A stretch of DNA of 63,566 nt, filler included, from Octopus bimaculoides (Eukaryota): assembly GCF_001194135.2 (NCBI RefSeq). It is 5 parts of 5 records of this genome, joined end to end, with 100 filler letters (N's around TTAATTAATTAA, not from the genome) between each part and the next. Parts side by side here need not be neighbours in the genome. Positions count along the whole stretch, not along the records: positions 21,918 to 46,857 come from NC_069000.1; 4 more parts are not named here. One strand, 5' to 3'. Positions 26,680 through 40,699 of the stretch are shown one piece after another. Each line of letters starts with the position of its first letter. Position 1 is the stretch's first letter. Both the position numbers and the translations under genes were made by a program. Below the pieces are notes generated by a model. It searched no databases and had not been told where the DNA came from. It was given only the letters and a program-made list of their open reading frames with translations.

Positions 26680-27235
26680 CATCAACACGTTTTCTCTTCA
26701 ACCAATGCATTATTCTTCAAGTGTCTTCTGTACATTCTGTAATGCCCGAGATTTCTAAGGAACGACCTGAAAATCCTCAACAGCCCACCTCCACTGACAC
26801 ACATCTGGTCTGCCACCTGTTCCAACCTTAACCCTCCACCAACTCCTGATATTTCGGTCTCTTCTTCCCTTTATGCTGATTGCTAGTCTGAAATACTAAA
26901 TTACATTTGTCGATGAGTTGAGTCGTTCATCCAGCTACAACACAGCATAAACAACAATGCGAACGGTCTTGACACTCAAACATCCTATCAACCAACCAGG
27001 GAGTCCACGGTGTAGGCACGAGAGAAGCCAGGGCGAAATGATATACGACCGCGTTTCAGACGTTGCCGTCTTTTCATAAACTTCACCTGCTTCCCTGCAT
27101 GGAGAGGGAGATGGAAGAGAAGCCTTTCGTTTGGCAGACAGCAAAGGATTACAACAGTCTCCAGTGGATCAATATTCACAACCAGACGCCATATCGTCAG
27201 CATCTTTTCAAGGACATTGGGAAAAGTCTAGCGTA
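26680..27235 (-). mobile_element. Hero/NeSL-like (restriction-like endonuclease) non-LTR retrotransposon remnant
   Basis: Minus 26880-26760 translates HKGKKRPKYQELVEG*GWNRWQTRCVSVEVGC*GFSGRSL. This is close to the RLE C-terminal pattern HERKRAKYQELV...GW.TRC.PVEVGCRGF.GRSL (recalled, not searched). Confidence 0.6.
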
Positions 27236-27240
27236 TGTAA

Positions 27241-27273
<33 letters not shown>

Positions 27274-27470
27274 TGTATGTATGTATGTATGTATGTATGT
27301 ATGTATGTATGTATGTACGTGTGAATGTATACATGTATGTATATAGTCTGTATGTATGTTTATCTGTCTGTATGTATATGTGCATGTATATATGTGTGTA
27401 TGTATGAATATATATATGTATATTCCAAGTTATAATATAGATGCTCACACATACATACATGTACAAATTA

Positions 27471-27501
<31 letters not shown>

Positions 27502-27586
27502 CATACACACATACACACATACGTACACACATACATACATACACACATACAAACAGACATACATGCATATACATAATACATACATA

Positions 27587-27649
<63 letters not shown>

Positions 27650-27869
27650 CCAATCTCACGATTCGCTCTATAGTGTGCCAGTATTGTCTGATGGCAGACA
27701 GCCTGATTTCAATTCCGCTGATAATTTAGAAGTTGGTCAATTTTTTTCCTGCTAACACGTGGTTAATACATTTTCTATGATCTAAGCGGCTCTGCTTCTT
27801 TCGATCGATAAGTCACTGCAACACGTTCGCAGAGGATTATGGGATATTGTGATGAAATCACTTATGTTT

Positions 27870-28430
27870 TGGTTAAATCTCTTTCCACTTTGACGGATGA
27901 ATCTGTGGGTGGAACTTGTTATTTTTCTTGAACGATGTTTTTATACAATCTTTGAGCCTTAGTTTAGATTTATAAGGTGGACGCTTTTCTTTCCTCTGCT
28001 CACAATCCAGAGTTATACAGGCCTCCATTCTTACTAAATGCCCCACCCATCGCAGTCGGGTCTGCAAAATCATTGACTCAGTATTTCGACCTCAACATCA
28101 CTCCCCTGCATTTGCCAGTGCAGACCCAAGATACGATGTAGACGCTGTTGGTGGAAGCGCTTCACCTGTTTCTGATGCATTCGTTGGTTACGCACGTCTC
28201 ACGAGCGTACAACAGCGAGGGCAGCACACATGTTTTGGAAGCCTTCATTTTAGTATGCGTAGAGACACTTTGTTGAGACCACGGGTGCTTTTCCAACTTT
28301 CTGAAGGCATCAATGGTTTTGCTGATTCTCAGCGAGATTTCCTGCTCAAAGATGCATGGTATAATAAGGGTGCTGCCAACGGGCACAAAACTGTCTACGA
28401 CTTGACACTTCTCACCATTCACTCGGATAT
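27870..28430 (-). mobile_element. RTE-clade LINE ORF2 remnant (post-RT region)
   Basis: Frameshifted fragments VVDSFVPVGS, EISLRISK...AFRKLEK...TKMK...VLPSLLYARET and RLRWVGHLVRME...RLKDCIK. Confidence 0.82.
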
Positions 28431-28491
28431 CTAATTCTAAGTGTGGTCCTTCTGGTACGAGCCTTAAGTAGTCATTTTAAGGCCAATCGTT

Positions 28492-28553
<62 letters not shown>

Positions 28554-29813
28554 TGCGGGCGCGAATTTGTCTGTTTACAATTCTTCGAAAGATCGCTGAC
28601 ACCGATGTTATCTGTTAACAAATTCCCGTTTCTTTACTTGGGAAAAGAGGTAAAGTTTAGAGAATGGTTAGTGTCAGGAAGTGCAAGCATGGAAAACCCG
28701 AACTTGAAAACGAAAGAGAAAAAAAACCTATATGTATACATATATATATATGTGTGTGTGTATGTGTGTGTGTGTGTGTGTGTGCGTGTGCGTGCGGGCG
28801 TGTAATTAATATACACGCTTCGTGGGAAATAAATTTAAGAGAATTTTCTACGAAAATTTGTACTTTCACTTTGATTCAAAACCCAGCCACATCAAACACT
28901 GATCCCTCTAAACCTTTCCACTCACTTTCAGTTGTTTTGATTTAGTTTCCCGAAAACACACACGTGTTTTGTATGTGTCTATGTGTCTATGTATGTATGT
29001 GTGAAAAACAGGTTGAGATGGGCGCTCACTACTCTCACCTGGTCTCCATCACAACCTGATAAAACTTAGCCAAATGCAATTCTTCCCGACACACTTTTCC
29101 GCTGCTTGGAATGCTTCGATGACGTCCTTCTGGTTCAGCCCTTCCTCCCACTACTACCATTTCATGCAACTACCTCTAATCCTCCAATGTTGGCGTTGAT
29201 GGTGATTATCGTTGGGTCAAAGAATTAGCAAATCCATCCATCCATCCATCCATCCATCCATCCATCTACCTACCTCTCTATTTACCTATCCATCTACCTA
29301 TCAGTCTGTCTGTCTGTCTGTCTGTCTGTCTGTTTTTCTACATACATACACACGTATATATAAAAGGGAGAAAGAGAGAGAGAGGAGGAGGAGGAGGAGG
29401 AGGAGTGGGGTAAGTCGGTCATCCTATCGCTATACTGCCTCCTCCCCTTCTTTCTTTCTTTCATCCTTTTACTCTCTCTCTCTCTCTCTCTCACTCTCTC
29501 TCTTTATTGTTTTGTAAGGAAAAAATTAAATCCAAATCCACTCCCACCATCACCACAACCACCTCCCCCTACTCTCTCTGGCCCTCTTCCTCTGCATAGA
29601 CACCTTCCCACCTCTCACTCCCTCTCTAGCTTACCTGTCTTTTATCTCTCACACCTCCCACCAAACCCCACCATCTCTCCCTCTTGTTCCAATCATCCAT
29701 TCTATTTGAGAGAACAAAAAAAGAAGAAAGAAAGAAAGAAAGAAGGAAAGAAGGAAACGAAAACGTGGTGGTGGTGGTGGTGATGTTACTAATGATGGCG
29801 ACGATGATACCGG

Positions 29814-29859
<46 letters not shown>

Positions 29860-32583
29860 GGTGGTGGTGTTTGTTTCGATGATGGTGAGGGTTCGATTGG
29901 AAACAAATGCAGCCATGGCATTGCTGGAATTCTTGGCATTCTTCAGATTCCTGAGTGATTTCTTCAGCTCCAGTTTGATGGAACACAAGAATGGAATGCG
30001 AACCGAGGAAATGGCGGCTTTCGAGAGGAGGGGGACGGGCGGAGGTCGGTTTAGGGGGTCGGGCTGGGGGTTAGGGGTTAAGGGTACTATTGTTGTTTAG
30101 CCCCAGGTCAGCTCTGTTTGACCAGACAAACAGTAGACATTCCAGATGTGGCCATCCTGTGTGTTTAAATATATTTCGGATTATATTATCAAATGTATCC
30201 TCTTCCTAGTTTGCGGTTGATTTGACTGCTATTTCAAGCAGGTCGATCGATCACGTGGAGGTTGCTTCGTCCATTCATGGCGATGGATGGTGGTGTTGAA
30301 GGTTATATGATGTTGCAGGGATTGAAATAGCGAGGAGGAGGAGGAGGAGGAGGAGGATAATGTGTATAATGATGAATGCTGGTGATGATGATGATGTAAA
30401 TAATGCTAATGAGGGAGGAAAATGACAATGATGATGATGATGATGCTAGTGATGTTGATGGTGGTGGTTTTGATGATGGCGATGATGATGATGATGGCAT
30501 TGGTGGTTGTTGTTTAACCTCCAGGGTTAGTCCTAATCGAGTAGACTCGTGACCTGATCTCAGGCCTTCCAACTATGACCATCCTGCTATCGTGTTCTTC
30601 TTTCAGACACAACTCATCCACATTAAGCGAGCTTCTCTTCATTTTCAAAGATGGTTGAGCGTGATTTGAGGGAGATTTGGCTGCTATTTCTAGTAATTTG
30701 ATAGAGCAACCACGTAGAGGAACTGTTATTTGGTTCGAGGGTGGGGTGCAGGGTGGGGTGGTGTACAGCTCTGTAATAGAGAATAGTTTCGTGCAAACGG
30801 GTGGAGTGCCATGGTGGGAGGTGCGGATCGCTGCCTCCCACCCCTTCTAACACCAACATTGCGCTGTCTTCGGGGATTTCGATTGAGTCGAATCTGTTGC
30901 AAACATTCACACCATTCCTCTGATCTGTGGAGAAGTTTGTCTCGTTAGGTTCCAGAGGATTTATAGGAAAGGGTGGGGTCGGAGTGGGTTTCAGTGGTGT
31001 TGGTGAAATGGTTGTTGGTGGCGGCAGTAGTGGTGGTAGTGTAGGTACATACGTACATACATGCATAAATAATACATACACACATGTATGCGTGTATGTA
31101 TGTATGTATGTATGTATGTATGTATGTATTGTACTGTTCCATGATGTTAAGATCAACAAAAAAGTACTCCATCTGGTGAGAGATAAATATTTAACAAGCA
31201 CAATATATGTTTTAAGTGCTACTATTAATTTCATGCGATGAAAGCATGCCCGACAGTGTTTTTTAACACGCCTGATGTCTTAGCGCAGTCTTCAGACACT
31301 GTCCACATAGCATAACAAGCTTAATATCGGACGATAAGATGAGGGAAAAGGTGAGAAAGAAGTAGATATAAAAAGGGGAAAGTTGAAAAATCGGAAAACG
31401 AAAACGAAAATAGCAAGAAGCAAATGGTGGGGGTAGAATTATTTCTCTTTTGACCGTGGGCGAAAAGAAAGAGTTTGCGGTACAGCTGCTCAATACAGAG
31501 AGAGTGGTACTTTCCAATTCGTCAACAGAAATTTAGCCATATACTTACAGACGCCGAAATTTTCGGATCAAGTATTCAACAGCGTGTAGGAGTTCTTTCA
31601 GCTACGCATAGCTTACATTTTTCATCCGGATCGAGAGAGAAAGAGAGAGAGGGGGGGGAGTGGAGAAGACAAAGAATAATAAATATGTATATAATATATA
31701 GGGAGAGATAGACCGATGGTAACAGATAGAACGCGTGAGATATGTATATCTAAAAGTTGACTTATTTCCCGTGATAAATTATATTTTTTTTATTATTATT
31801 TACGCACAACATCCTCTTTGGGACGCAGATTTCGAAAACCAAGCTCGTCTTTCTTGAGGGCACACCGTTTCAGAGCCAATCGGGGCTAAACACACATACA
31901 TGACCACATACACTTGCATTTTATATAGCATGTGTGTGTATGTGTATGTATGTGTGTGCATGTGTTTATGTGTGTGTGTACATGTGTGTGTGTATGTGTC
32001 TGTCCCCCATCACCGCTTGACGTTGATGTGTTTACGTCCGCGTAATCTAGCGGTTCGGCAAAAGAGAGCCGATAGAGTAAGTACCAATCTTTTAATTGAT
32101 TCGTTCAACTAAAAGTTCTTCAAGGACTGCTACAGTATGGCCGCATTCTGACGACTGGAACAAGTAAAAGATAAAAGATAAAAGATAAGTAAATTGATCA
32201 AAACAAAAGTTCCTTCGTTTGTGTGTGTGTAAGACAGGGAGAGAGAGAGAGGGGGACAGAGAGAGAGGGAGAGAGAGAGGGGGACAGAGAGACAGGGAGA
32301 GAGAGAGGGGGACAGAGAGAGAGGGAGAGAGAGAGGGGGACAGAGAGACAGNNNNNNNNNNNNNNNNNNNNNNNNNNNNNNNNNNNNNNNNNNNNNNNNN
32401 NNNNNNNNNNNNNNNNNNNNNNNNNNNNNNNNNNNNNNNNNNNNNNNNNNNNNNNNNNNNNNNNNNNNNNNNNNNNNNNNNNNNNNNNNNNNNNNNNNNN
32501 NNNNNNNNNNNNNNNNNNNNNNNNNNNNNNNNNNNNNNNNNNNNNNNNNNNNNNNNNNNNNNNNNNNNNNNNNNNNNNNNNNN

Positions 32584-32632
<49 letters not shown>

Positions 32633-33108
32633 GCGCACTTCTGTTCAATAAGGTCACACAGCCCCAGCTCTGACTGTAACCTCGCTATCGGAAGAATCTC
32701 TTTTCTCAAGTGATATTTATAAATATTAATTTGTGAGAGGATTAGAGCAAGAAACAGCGTCGAAGTAACAGTCATCATCATCATCATCATCCTCATCATC
32801 ATCATCATCGTCATCATCATCATCATCATCGTCATCGTCATCGTCGTCGTCGTTTCATAACTATGAACTCCATCTCTACCTTGTGTTCAAATGGTACTTT
32901 ATTTTATTGTTCCCAAAAAGGATGAAAAGCGCAAAGTTGACCTTGCGGAAATTTGAACTCAGAACATGAAGAGTATGGAAGAATGCTACCAAGCATTTTG
33001 TTCGACGCGCTAAAGATTCTTTTTCATCATAATCGATTTCCAACTCTCCCTCACCCTCTTTCTCCCCTCCCCCTGTCTCTCCTTCCCTTTCTCTCTCTCT
33101 TTTTCCTG

Positions 33109-33148
<40 letters not shown>

Positions 33149-35347
33149 CCCGCTCCCCGACTCTTTGTCCCCACCTCCACTCACCTCTTCTCTTAGTTTC
33201 CCTCCGAAGCAGACTCGCAGAGATTTCAGGGAGTTGGATAGACAAATGCCTTGCGGTATTCATTCCACCTTATAGTGCTCTGATTTCAAATCCCGCCGAG
33301 ATTAACTTTGCCTACTACCCTTTCGGGACCGATAAATAAGCTCCTCCGGTAGTACTAGAGTCGATTCTTCTTCTTGTAATTCCAAAAGCCCGCCCTTGTC
33401 ACACACTTTGTGACGCTGGCTCTATCTGAAAATTCCATTAAGGTTACTCGTATCTGTGGAGCACTCAGCCACGTCCACGTAGATTTCACGAGTCAGCAGC
33501 AGTTCAGTTGGTCAAACAATTGCATACTCATCGTCGAAACCGAAGGAGACTCCACTCTATAACCCTCTACCGCCGTCTTCATCTCCTGATCTCACTTCCA
33601 CTGTTTTTATCCGGATTTTATCGTCTGCTAAAAGAAAAGAAAAAAAAAGAAACTTTTGATTAAATAAATAAACATACAAAACATAGAAAAAAATCATTAA
33701 ACCTTAGAAGGGGGGAGTAAAGGGAAAGAGTAGGGGATGAGCTAAATGTAGGTCTGGATTTTCTTAACCCTTTTTTAAATTTTTATATTTAATTGTCAGT
33801 ATTTCTTTTAAATTCTAATCGCTTAATCTCTGAAGCATGTGAAAATAATGATTATGACTTCTTTTTTTCTTCTTTTTTCTATTTGAATGGGAAAAAGTGA
33901 TTGAGAGGAAGCTGATTAATAAGAGAGTGGGGGAGGCAATAGGTTATGTAAGGCTGCGGGAGTAAGGGGTGTGAGGTCGAATCTGGTTTTGTTTTTTTAA
34001 ACTTAATTCTATTTTGTTTGTTTTACTTTCTTTTATTCATGTCTTCCTGCTGCGGCGTGTTGCAGGATTGTCTTTTTTGATTGATTTTTGGATGAAAGCT
34101 TTAAAGGAAAGGATTATTTGAGAGTAAAAGTGTTTGGCATGGACGGAGTGGGTGAGAGGCAAATAAGGGGCAGAGGATTGGAAGACGGGTGATGAAATTG
34201 TTGCTTAAACGTAATCGGATTGTCGGATCTCTATTGAGAGATTAGAATAGCACTGACCGAGTGATGGATAAGAAGCCAGAGCAGATGTCCTGAGATCGAT
34301 TCCTCTGCAGGCATTTAGTGAAAGACAATTGTAGGAAATGAAGGAAGCAAAAGGTTGTTAGAAAGATGAGCGCCAGATGCTGAGGGGAATGGCCCCTACT
34401 TTAGTTTAGGACCCTAACCAGGTGATATAAGTATATACATATATATGTATAGACATAAGTATATACGCGTATATGCTTAAAATATACGCTTATATACATA
34501 TATATGTACATACATATTTATACACACACATATATAGGATGTGTAAGAATGAACGTATGTGTGTGTTGTATAAACCGAGTTAGCTATGACCTAACAGAAT
34601 TACAAGTAAATGCATTCCAACTGTGGCCATCCCATCTTTTTGACCATAGTGTACGCCGGCCTACATTATACAAGGTATCTTCTCTTGTTTTAAGACCATT
34701 TCGTGTGATTTGAGGCTGATTTAGTTGTTGTTTCTAGCTAGTCAAACAAACAGAGGTGTCAGTCTCTTAACCAATACAGGAAGGATTCTTACTATTGTTC
34801 AAACCCAGGTGAACCCTTATTTGAACAAACCCATGATCAAAGGCATTGCAGTGTCACGGCCACCCCCACCCCGTCTCTTTCCTCCTTGCAGGAAATCCAG
34901 AACCGGGTCATCCACAGAAACCTTTTTCTAAGACGAACTAAATGAAATATAAGACAAATTTGGCTATTGTTTCTAGCAGGCCTAGCGACTCATGTAGTCT
35001 GCTCACTGGTTCGCAAAGCAGCTGGTTGCTGCGGTACAAACAAGTATGTGATTTAGTGAAGTAGAGACGTTAAGGAGATCATTAGGGGACAGGTGATGAG
35101 TGGGGAGGGGAGGACTAAGAACGTATGCGACGCATGCGCAGGACACCTGTGAAACGCCTGTGAAAATACATTACAACTGAGAATGATTGTAGTTATATTC
35201 TTTTGTTTTTTTTTTACGTGTTTCAGTCATTTGGCTGCAGCCATGCTGGAGCACCGCCTTTATTCGAACAAATCGGCCAGGATTTATTGTTTGTAAGCTT
35301 AGTACTTATTCTATCGGTATTTTTTTACGAACCGCTAGGTTTCGAGG

Positions 35348-35387
<40 letters not shown>

Positions 35388-35487
35388 AACAAAAAAGAAA
35401 CGACAGATCTTNNNNNNNNNNNNNNNNNNNNNNNNNNNNNNNNNNNNNNNNNNNNNNNNNNNNNNNNNNNNNNNNNNNNNNNNNNNN

Positions 35488-35529
<42 letters not shown>

Positions 35530-37067
35530 TGTGTGTGTGTGTTTCCCTTTCCTGAAAGCTTAGAGATACTACCTGTGTTTTTGTGTTTTTGTTCTCGAGA
35601 AATTGGAGCAATGGAATGAGTCTGGCAATGAATGGAATTATTGGAGGAATACAGAGGAATTTCATTGAAACAAGAAGACATCACCGTTAATGAGGGGGTG
35701 GCGGTGGAGGTGGTGTAGCTAGTGATGGTGGTGGTGGTGCGTGTGTGTGGGAGGGAGGAACATATTTTTAATGTCGCAGTTATTTTAGGTTGAATTGACT
35801 CAACATTATCAGTCATCATCAACCGTTGACAATGTCGAGTAATTTTTTTAGAATTAATTAGTCAGAGGAGGATGAGGAAGAGGAGATAAGAGGTGATGCT
35901 GCCGCTGATGATGATTAGGTCCTCAGTTCGAATCACGCTGAGGTCGTCGTTATTTTTCATCCTTCCGGTGGTTGATAAAATAACGTACCAATTGAGTACA
36001 GGGGCCGCTCCACCCCGCCCCACCTCCATCAAACTGTGCAGTTTGTATGGAATCATTATTATTTTGATCCAAAGCCGGAAATAACAGTTAAATTTTCTTC
36101 AACCCACCCACAATTGGTTTAAAAATAGAACGCAGTAGTGTAGCTCTAGATATAGAAAGTGACGGGACGGTCACGGCTGGAAAACTTTACTCAATAATCC
36201 AAGGGGAGCTTCTGTGAAGGTTCTCGTACTCCTAGAAATAGCAGCTTGATCGCCTGATCTCTGACGTGTTAAATAAAGGCAAATACATGCGACAATGTAG
36301 TTCGTTCTTGTTATACAACAACACAGAGGGGTCACGATGGGCAACCACAAAAGCTTTATCCAGGTTTGAAAGATAACAGCCGACATCGAACCAATTCATT
36401 ATCCAAAATATTTTAACACTAACTTAACTGCAATCTCAGGGCAGGAGTTAAGTCGATTACATCAGCCCCAGTAATCAACTGGTACTTATTTTATCGATCC
36501 CGAAGAGATGAAAGGCTAAGTCGACCTCAGCGAAATTTATACTCAAACCATAAAGACGGACAAAATGCCGCTAAGCATTTTGCCCGGCATGCTAACGATT
36601 CTGCCGGCACGCCGCCTTTCTCATTTTATATTATACTAATATTATATTATACTATATTATACATTGTATTTCAGGACGGTCATTCTGTTTTTGCCAAATA
36701 AACACACGCACTATATATTCTTTTCTTCAGTCGTTTGTTACTGTTCTTATTTTTACTCATGTCCAGTGTCCAGAAAACTTTCGTCACACATCTGTGACCT
36801 CTTCGTTTTCGTGTGCGCTCTTGCTCCACTTACTTCATTTTGCTCGTCTATGGCGTGTATCTTGCAAATTGATAAATGTAATATATTATAGATATATATA
36901 CATACATACATACATATACAAATATATATATATATATATATATATCAGTGTGTGTGTGTGTGTGTGTGTGTAAAACTGGACCTACCCAGTAGTGTTCGCA
37001 AAACCACTCACCTGACGACGTGCAGGTACACAGTTATGACTGAATCATATTTATTTATATATTTTAT

Positions 37068-37118
<51 letters not shown>

Positions 37119-37357
37119 CGATAATGAAAACTGCAACTAACAGCTGTTACCATTGCGCAAAAACAATTGTGATTATTTATTAAAGCTTCTTCATTCTTGT
37201 TTTATATATTTGTGTGTGTGTGGAATAAGTAAACGTAAATCTGTTAATCCTAATCCTTTTTGTTTTACAAAAGAAAGAAAGTCTCGTGCACCAAAGTTAA
37301 TAATAGATTCAAAAAGGAAGCTATAAATACGAAAGCTGTCTGGTCCGCATTAATTCG

Positions 37358-37395
<38 letters not shown>

Positions 37396-37759
37396 GTGTG
37401 TGTGTCAGCTGACCTCTACAGCACAACCTCCCTTTTGTTCTCTGCGCAGAAAACCCACAGCAACCTTCTTTTGTGGTCGAAGCCGTCTCTTTTTGTTTTT
37501 GTGTTCCCTCAGTGACCTTTCTTATTAGAATTATGCTTAATTCTATTCTCTGGTTTGTCTGCTCCCTAGAACAGTCCTCCCCGTGGAAAGCCGATACCTG
37601 CTTTCGACACTAATATCAAATAGGTACGACTACCTTGTGGACACGTCTCAGCGCTTCTCGTTGATGATTGCGTCACACTCGTGAAGCACAATCGATATTT
37701 CCTGTCAAAATGTGGAAAACCTATGAAGACACCTTTTCCTCTTTCATCGAAATCATTAC

Positions 37760-38330
37760 TAAAAACAACTATTTCCTATTATTGAATAGCAAAGATGTTT
37801 TCTGTATACGATGTATCTTATCCAGATCAAGGGGACGTTTCTATTCCCACCTCGTCAATGGCGTTGCTGTCTTCTTACTTACAGAACATGTATCCAAGCA
37901 TAGCTTTTATCATATGACGAATGTTTCTTTCCCCAAGTTTTTGCTTAAAGGACTTAGCCCAAAGCCCAGTCACTTATTTGACACTCGAAGCACCCAATCA
38001 CGAGTACTTCATCCGCTCTTCACATGTTATTTTCACTGTTCTCTACACATCTCATATATTCAATCTCTTTGCTGTTCAGTCAGTTTTTGTCTAAAGACCT
38101 TTACTCCGCTGTCAAACACAAACCATGCCAGGGATCTTCATGACCAAGATGTGGGTCGCTCTTCAAGTATCTAATCAAGTGACTGAGATGCTAGCATTAA
38201 CGCGATTATTGCGATGGTATTATGGAACATGGCCTTATCGAATGCAAATGACTGTAATCTCAACATCACCGAAGTCTGCTTAAAAATTCCTTCGTCACTT
38301 TCGCTTTACTGACAGCACCAATTCATGGAA
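37760..38330 (-). mobile_element. Highly decayed LINE ORF2 3' part (RTE-like)
   Basis: Scattered minus-strand peptides (EIEYMRCV..., ADEVL, GYMF...SYTEN) are loosely collinear with LINE C-termini. There are many stops. Confidence 0.35.
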
Positions 38331-38810
38331 TATTCGCTTCAAGTCTGAAATAATTGTGGTATTTGCCATTACTAACTCCAGACTGGGTGGTCATGGCTAG
38401 AACCCCTTTAAATTTATGTTGTTGTTTTTGCTTATCTCCAGCTTAGCTCTGAGCTGACAACAACAACAACAGTGACAGAAGAATCATCACAGGAGTCAGG
38501 GATATCGAACCCCAAAACCCTAAAGCACCTCCAGGAACTCTCCGCCCACATTCTATAGTGAGAAAGAAAACCAAATGGGGAGTATCTATGTGGCAGCTCG
38601 AAATGCTAGAAATAACTAGCCTCAAATCAAACAACAACGTTAGATAGTTGAATCCGACTTATCCACATACACATATCGGACGGGAGGGTCACGGTGGGAA
38701 CACTTCTGATTGATCGTTCTCCTGCTCAATCGAGGTTGATAAAAGGGAAGGAGGGAACAAGCAACAACAATAACAATTACAATATCGGTGAGTAATTGTG
38801 ACAAGAATAG

Positions 38811-38848
<38 letters not shown>

Positions 38849-38999
38849 CAGAAGAAAATAATGGGTTATAGAGAGAGGAAGGGGGGAGGAGGGGGAAGGG
38901 ATGATGACTTCATCGAGGTAAAACTGAGAGTCAACGAGAGATAATCAATAACGGACAGACCGTCCCTCCGACCAATACCGACGCCAGCACCAGCTATTG

Positions 39000-39013
39000 G
39001 TTGCCTTGGTAAC
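39000..39013. promoter_or_regulatory. RFX X-box-like motif GTTGCCTTGGTAAC
   Basis: It matches the GTNRCC-N2-RGYAAC consensus, and CCAAT/ATTGG motifs lie within 30 bp upstream. Confidence 0.35.
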
Positions 39014-40699
39014 AAACCAGGACCACTGGACTGAAGGTGTGTGTGTGTGTGTGTGTGTGTGAATGTGTGTGTGTCTGAAGGTAGGTGTCAAATCAGTCAA
39101 GCGCGCACGCACGCACATACACATGCACACGCACACACACACGCACACACAAATGCACTCTAAGTCATGCATGAAGACACACACACACACACACACATAT
39201 ACACGCACACAAAGCCTATAAACATACGTGATGTGTGTATATGGTGAGTGTATACATGACACGTTTCTGTCCTGTGTGTTTTGAGATCAGATCCTGGGCC
39301 GAAATTCTTTGGAAGTATGGGAGTAAAACTGACGTGTTTGGCCGGGCACCCGGTTTGGGATCGGTCTGAGTGACCCCCCCCCAACACCAACTTTATCCGT
39401 TTCTTCTGCCGGTTCAACTTCAGGGAATCTCTTCTGATTTCTTGTTGAGAGTCAGTATGTATGTGTATATAGATATGTATATGTATNNNNNNNNNNNNNN
39501 NNNNNNNNNNNNNNNNNNNNNNNNNNNNNNNNNNNNNNNNNNNNNNNNNNNNNNNNNNNNNNNNNNNNNNNNNNNNNNNNNNNNNNNNNNNNNNNNNNNN
39601 NNNNNNNNNNNNNNNNNNNNNNNNNNNNNNNNNNNNNNNNNNNNNNNNNNNNNNNNNNNNNNNNNNNNNNNNNNNNNNNNNNNNNNNNNNNNNNNNNNNN
39701 NNNNNNNNNNNNNNNNNNNNNNNNNNNNNNNNNNNNNNNNNNNNNNNNNNNNNNNNNNNNNNNNNNNNNNNNNNNNNNNNNNNNNNNNNNNNNNNNNNNN
39801 NNNNNNNNNNNNNNNNNNNNNNNNNNNNNNNNNNNNNNNNNNNNNNNNNNNNNNNNNNNNNNNNNNNNNNNNNNNNNNNNNNNNNNNNNNNNNNNNNNNN
39901 NNNNNNNNNNNNNNNNNNNNNNNNNNNNNNNNNNNNNNNNNNNNNNNNNNNNNNNNNNNNNNNNNNNNNNNNNNNNNNNNNNNNNNNNNNNNNNNNNNNN
40001 NNNNNNNNNNNNNNNNNNNNNNNNNNNNNNNNNNNNNNNNNNNNNNNNNNNNNNNNNNNNNNNNNNNNNNNNNNNNNNNNNNNNNNNNNNNNNNNNNNNN
40101 NNNNNNNNNNNNNNNNNNNNNNNNNNNNNNNNNNNNNNNNNNNNNNNNNNNNNNNNNNNNNNNNNNNNNNNNNNNNNNNNNNNNNNNNNNNNNNNNNNNN
40201 NNNNNNNNNNNNNNNNNNNNNNNNNNNNNNNNNNATATATATAAATAGATAAACATGCATACATACATACATACATACATACATACATACATACATACAT
40301 ACATACATGCAGATATATAGTTCTTCTTAATGTTGTTATTGATATAGATATGGAAATTAAAGACAACCCTAAATGCGAATTTATCCAGTGAGAAATCGTG
40401 GAGTTTTACCCTGCGATCTTCAAGCCTTGCCCCCCCCCCAACCTCCAAAGAACAGCCGAGTGCAATAAAGCATTGTAATAACGAACATGGCGATCCATTA
40501 CGGAGCAGATGTAGTGGACTTGGTTGGCCTCAACAGCCTGCATAGCCTTAGCAATTAAGTAAAAGACACTAGCATAGAATCATTCTAATTCTGTTCTGCT
40601 GCGAGACCCTCGCCTCGGAGTAGAACATAGGAAGAATAATCAGAAAATGGGAAAGTTAAGAAGAACTGAGGCATAAAACTACAGTTAGAACTAATTTGT

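Noticed and set aside
29880-30030. Complex-looking open stretch between triplet repeats, open on both strands
   Set aside because: No splice signals or recognisable protein; the long ORFs are inflated by flanking SSRs.
30850-31601. Phase-compatible minus-strand exon pair (31601-31549 LKELLHAVEYLIRKFRR and 30924 onward SEEWCECLQQIR...)
   Set aside because: The first acceptor lacks a pyrimidine tract, the second exon has no good donor, and I recognise no homology. Phase match has a one-in-three chance. RNA-seq would be needed.
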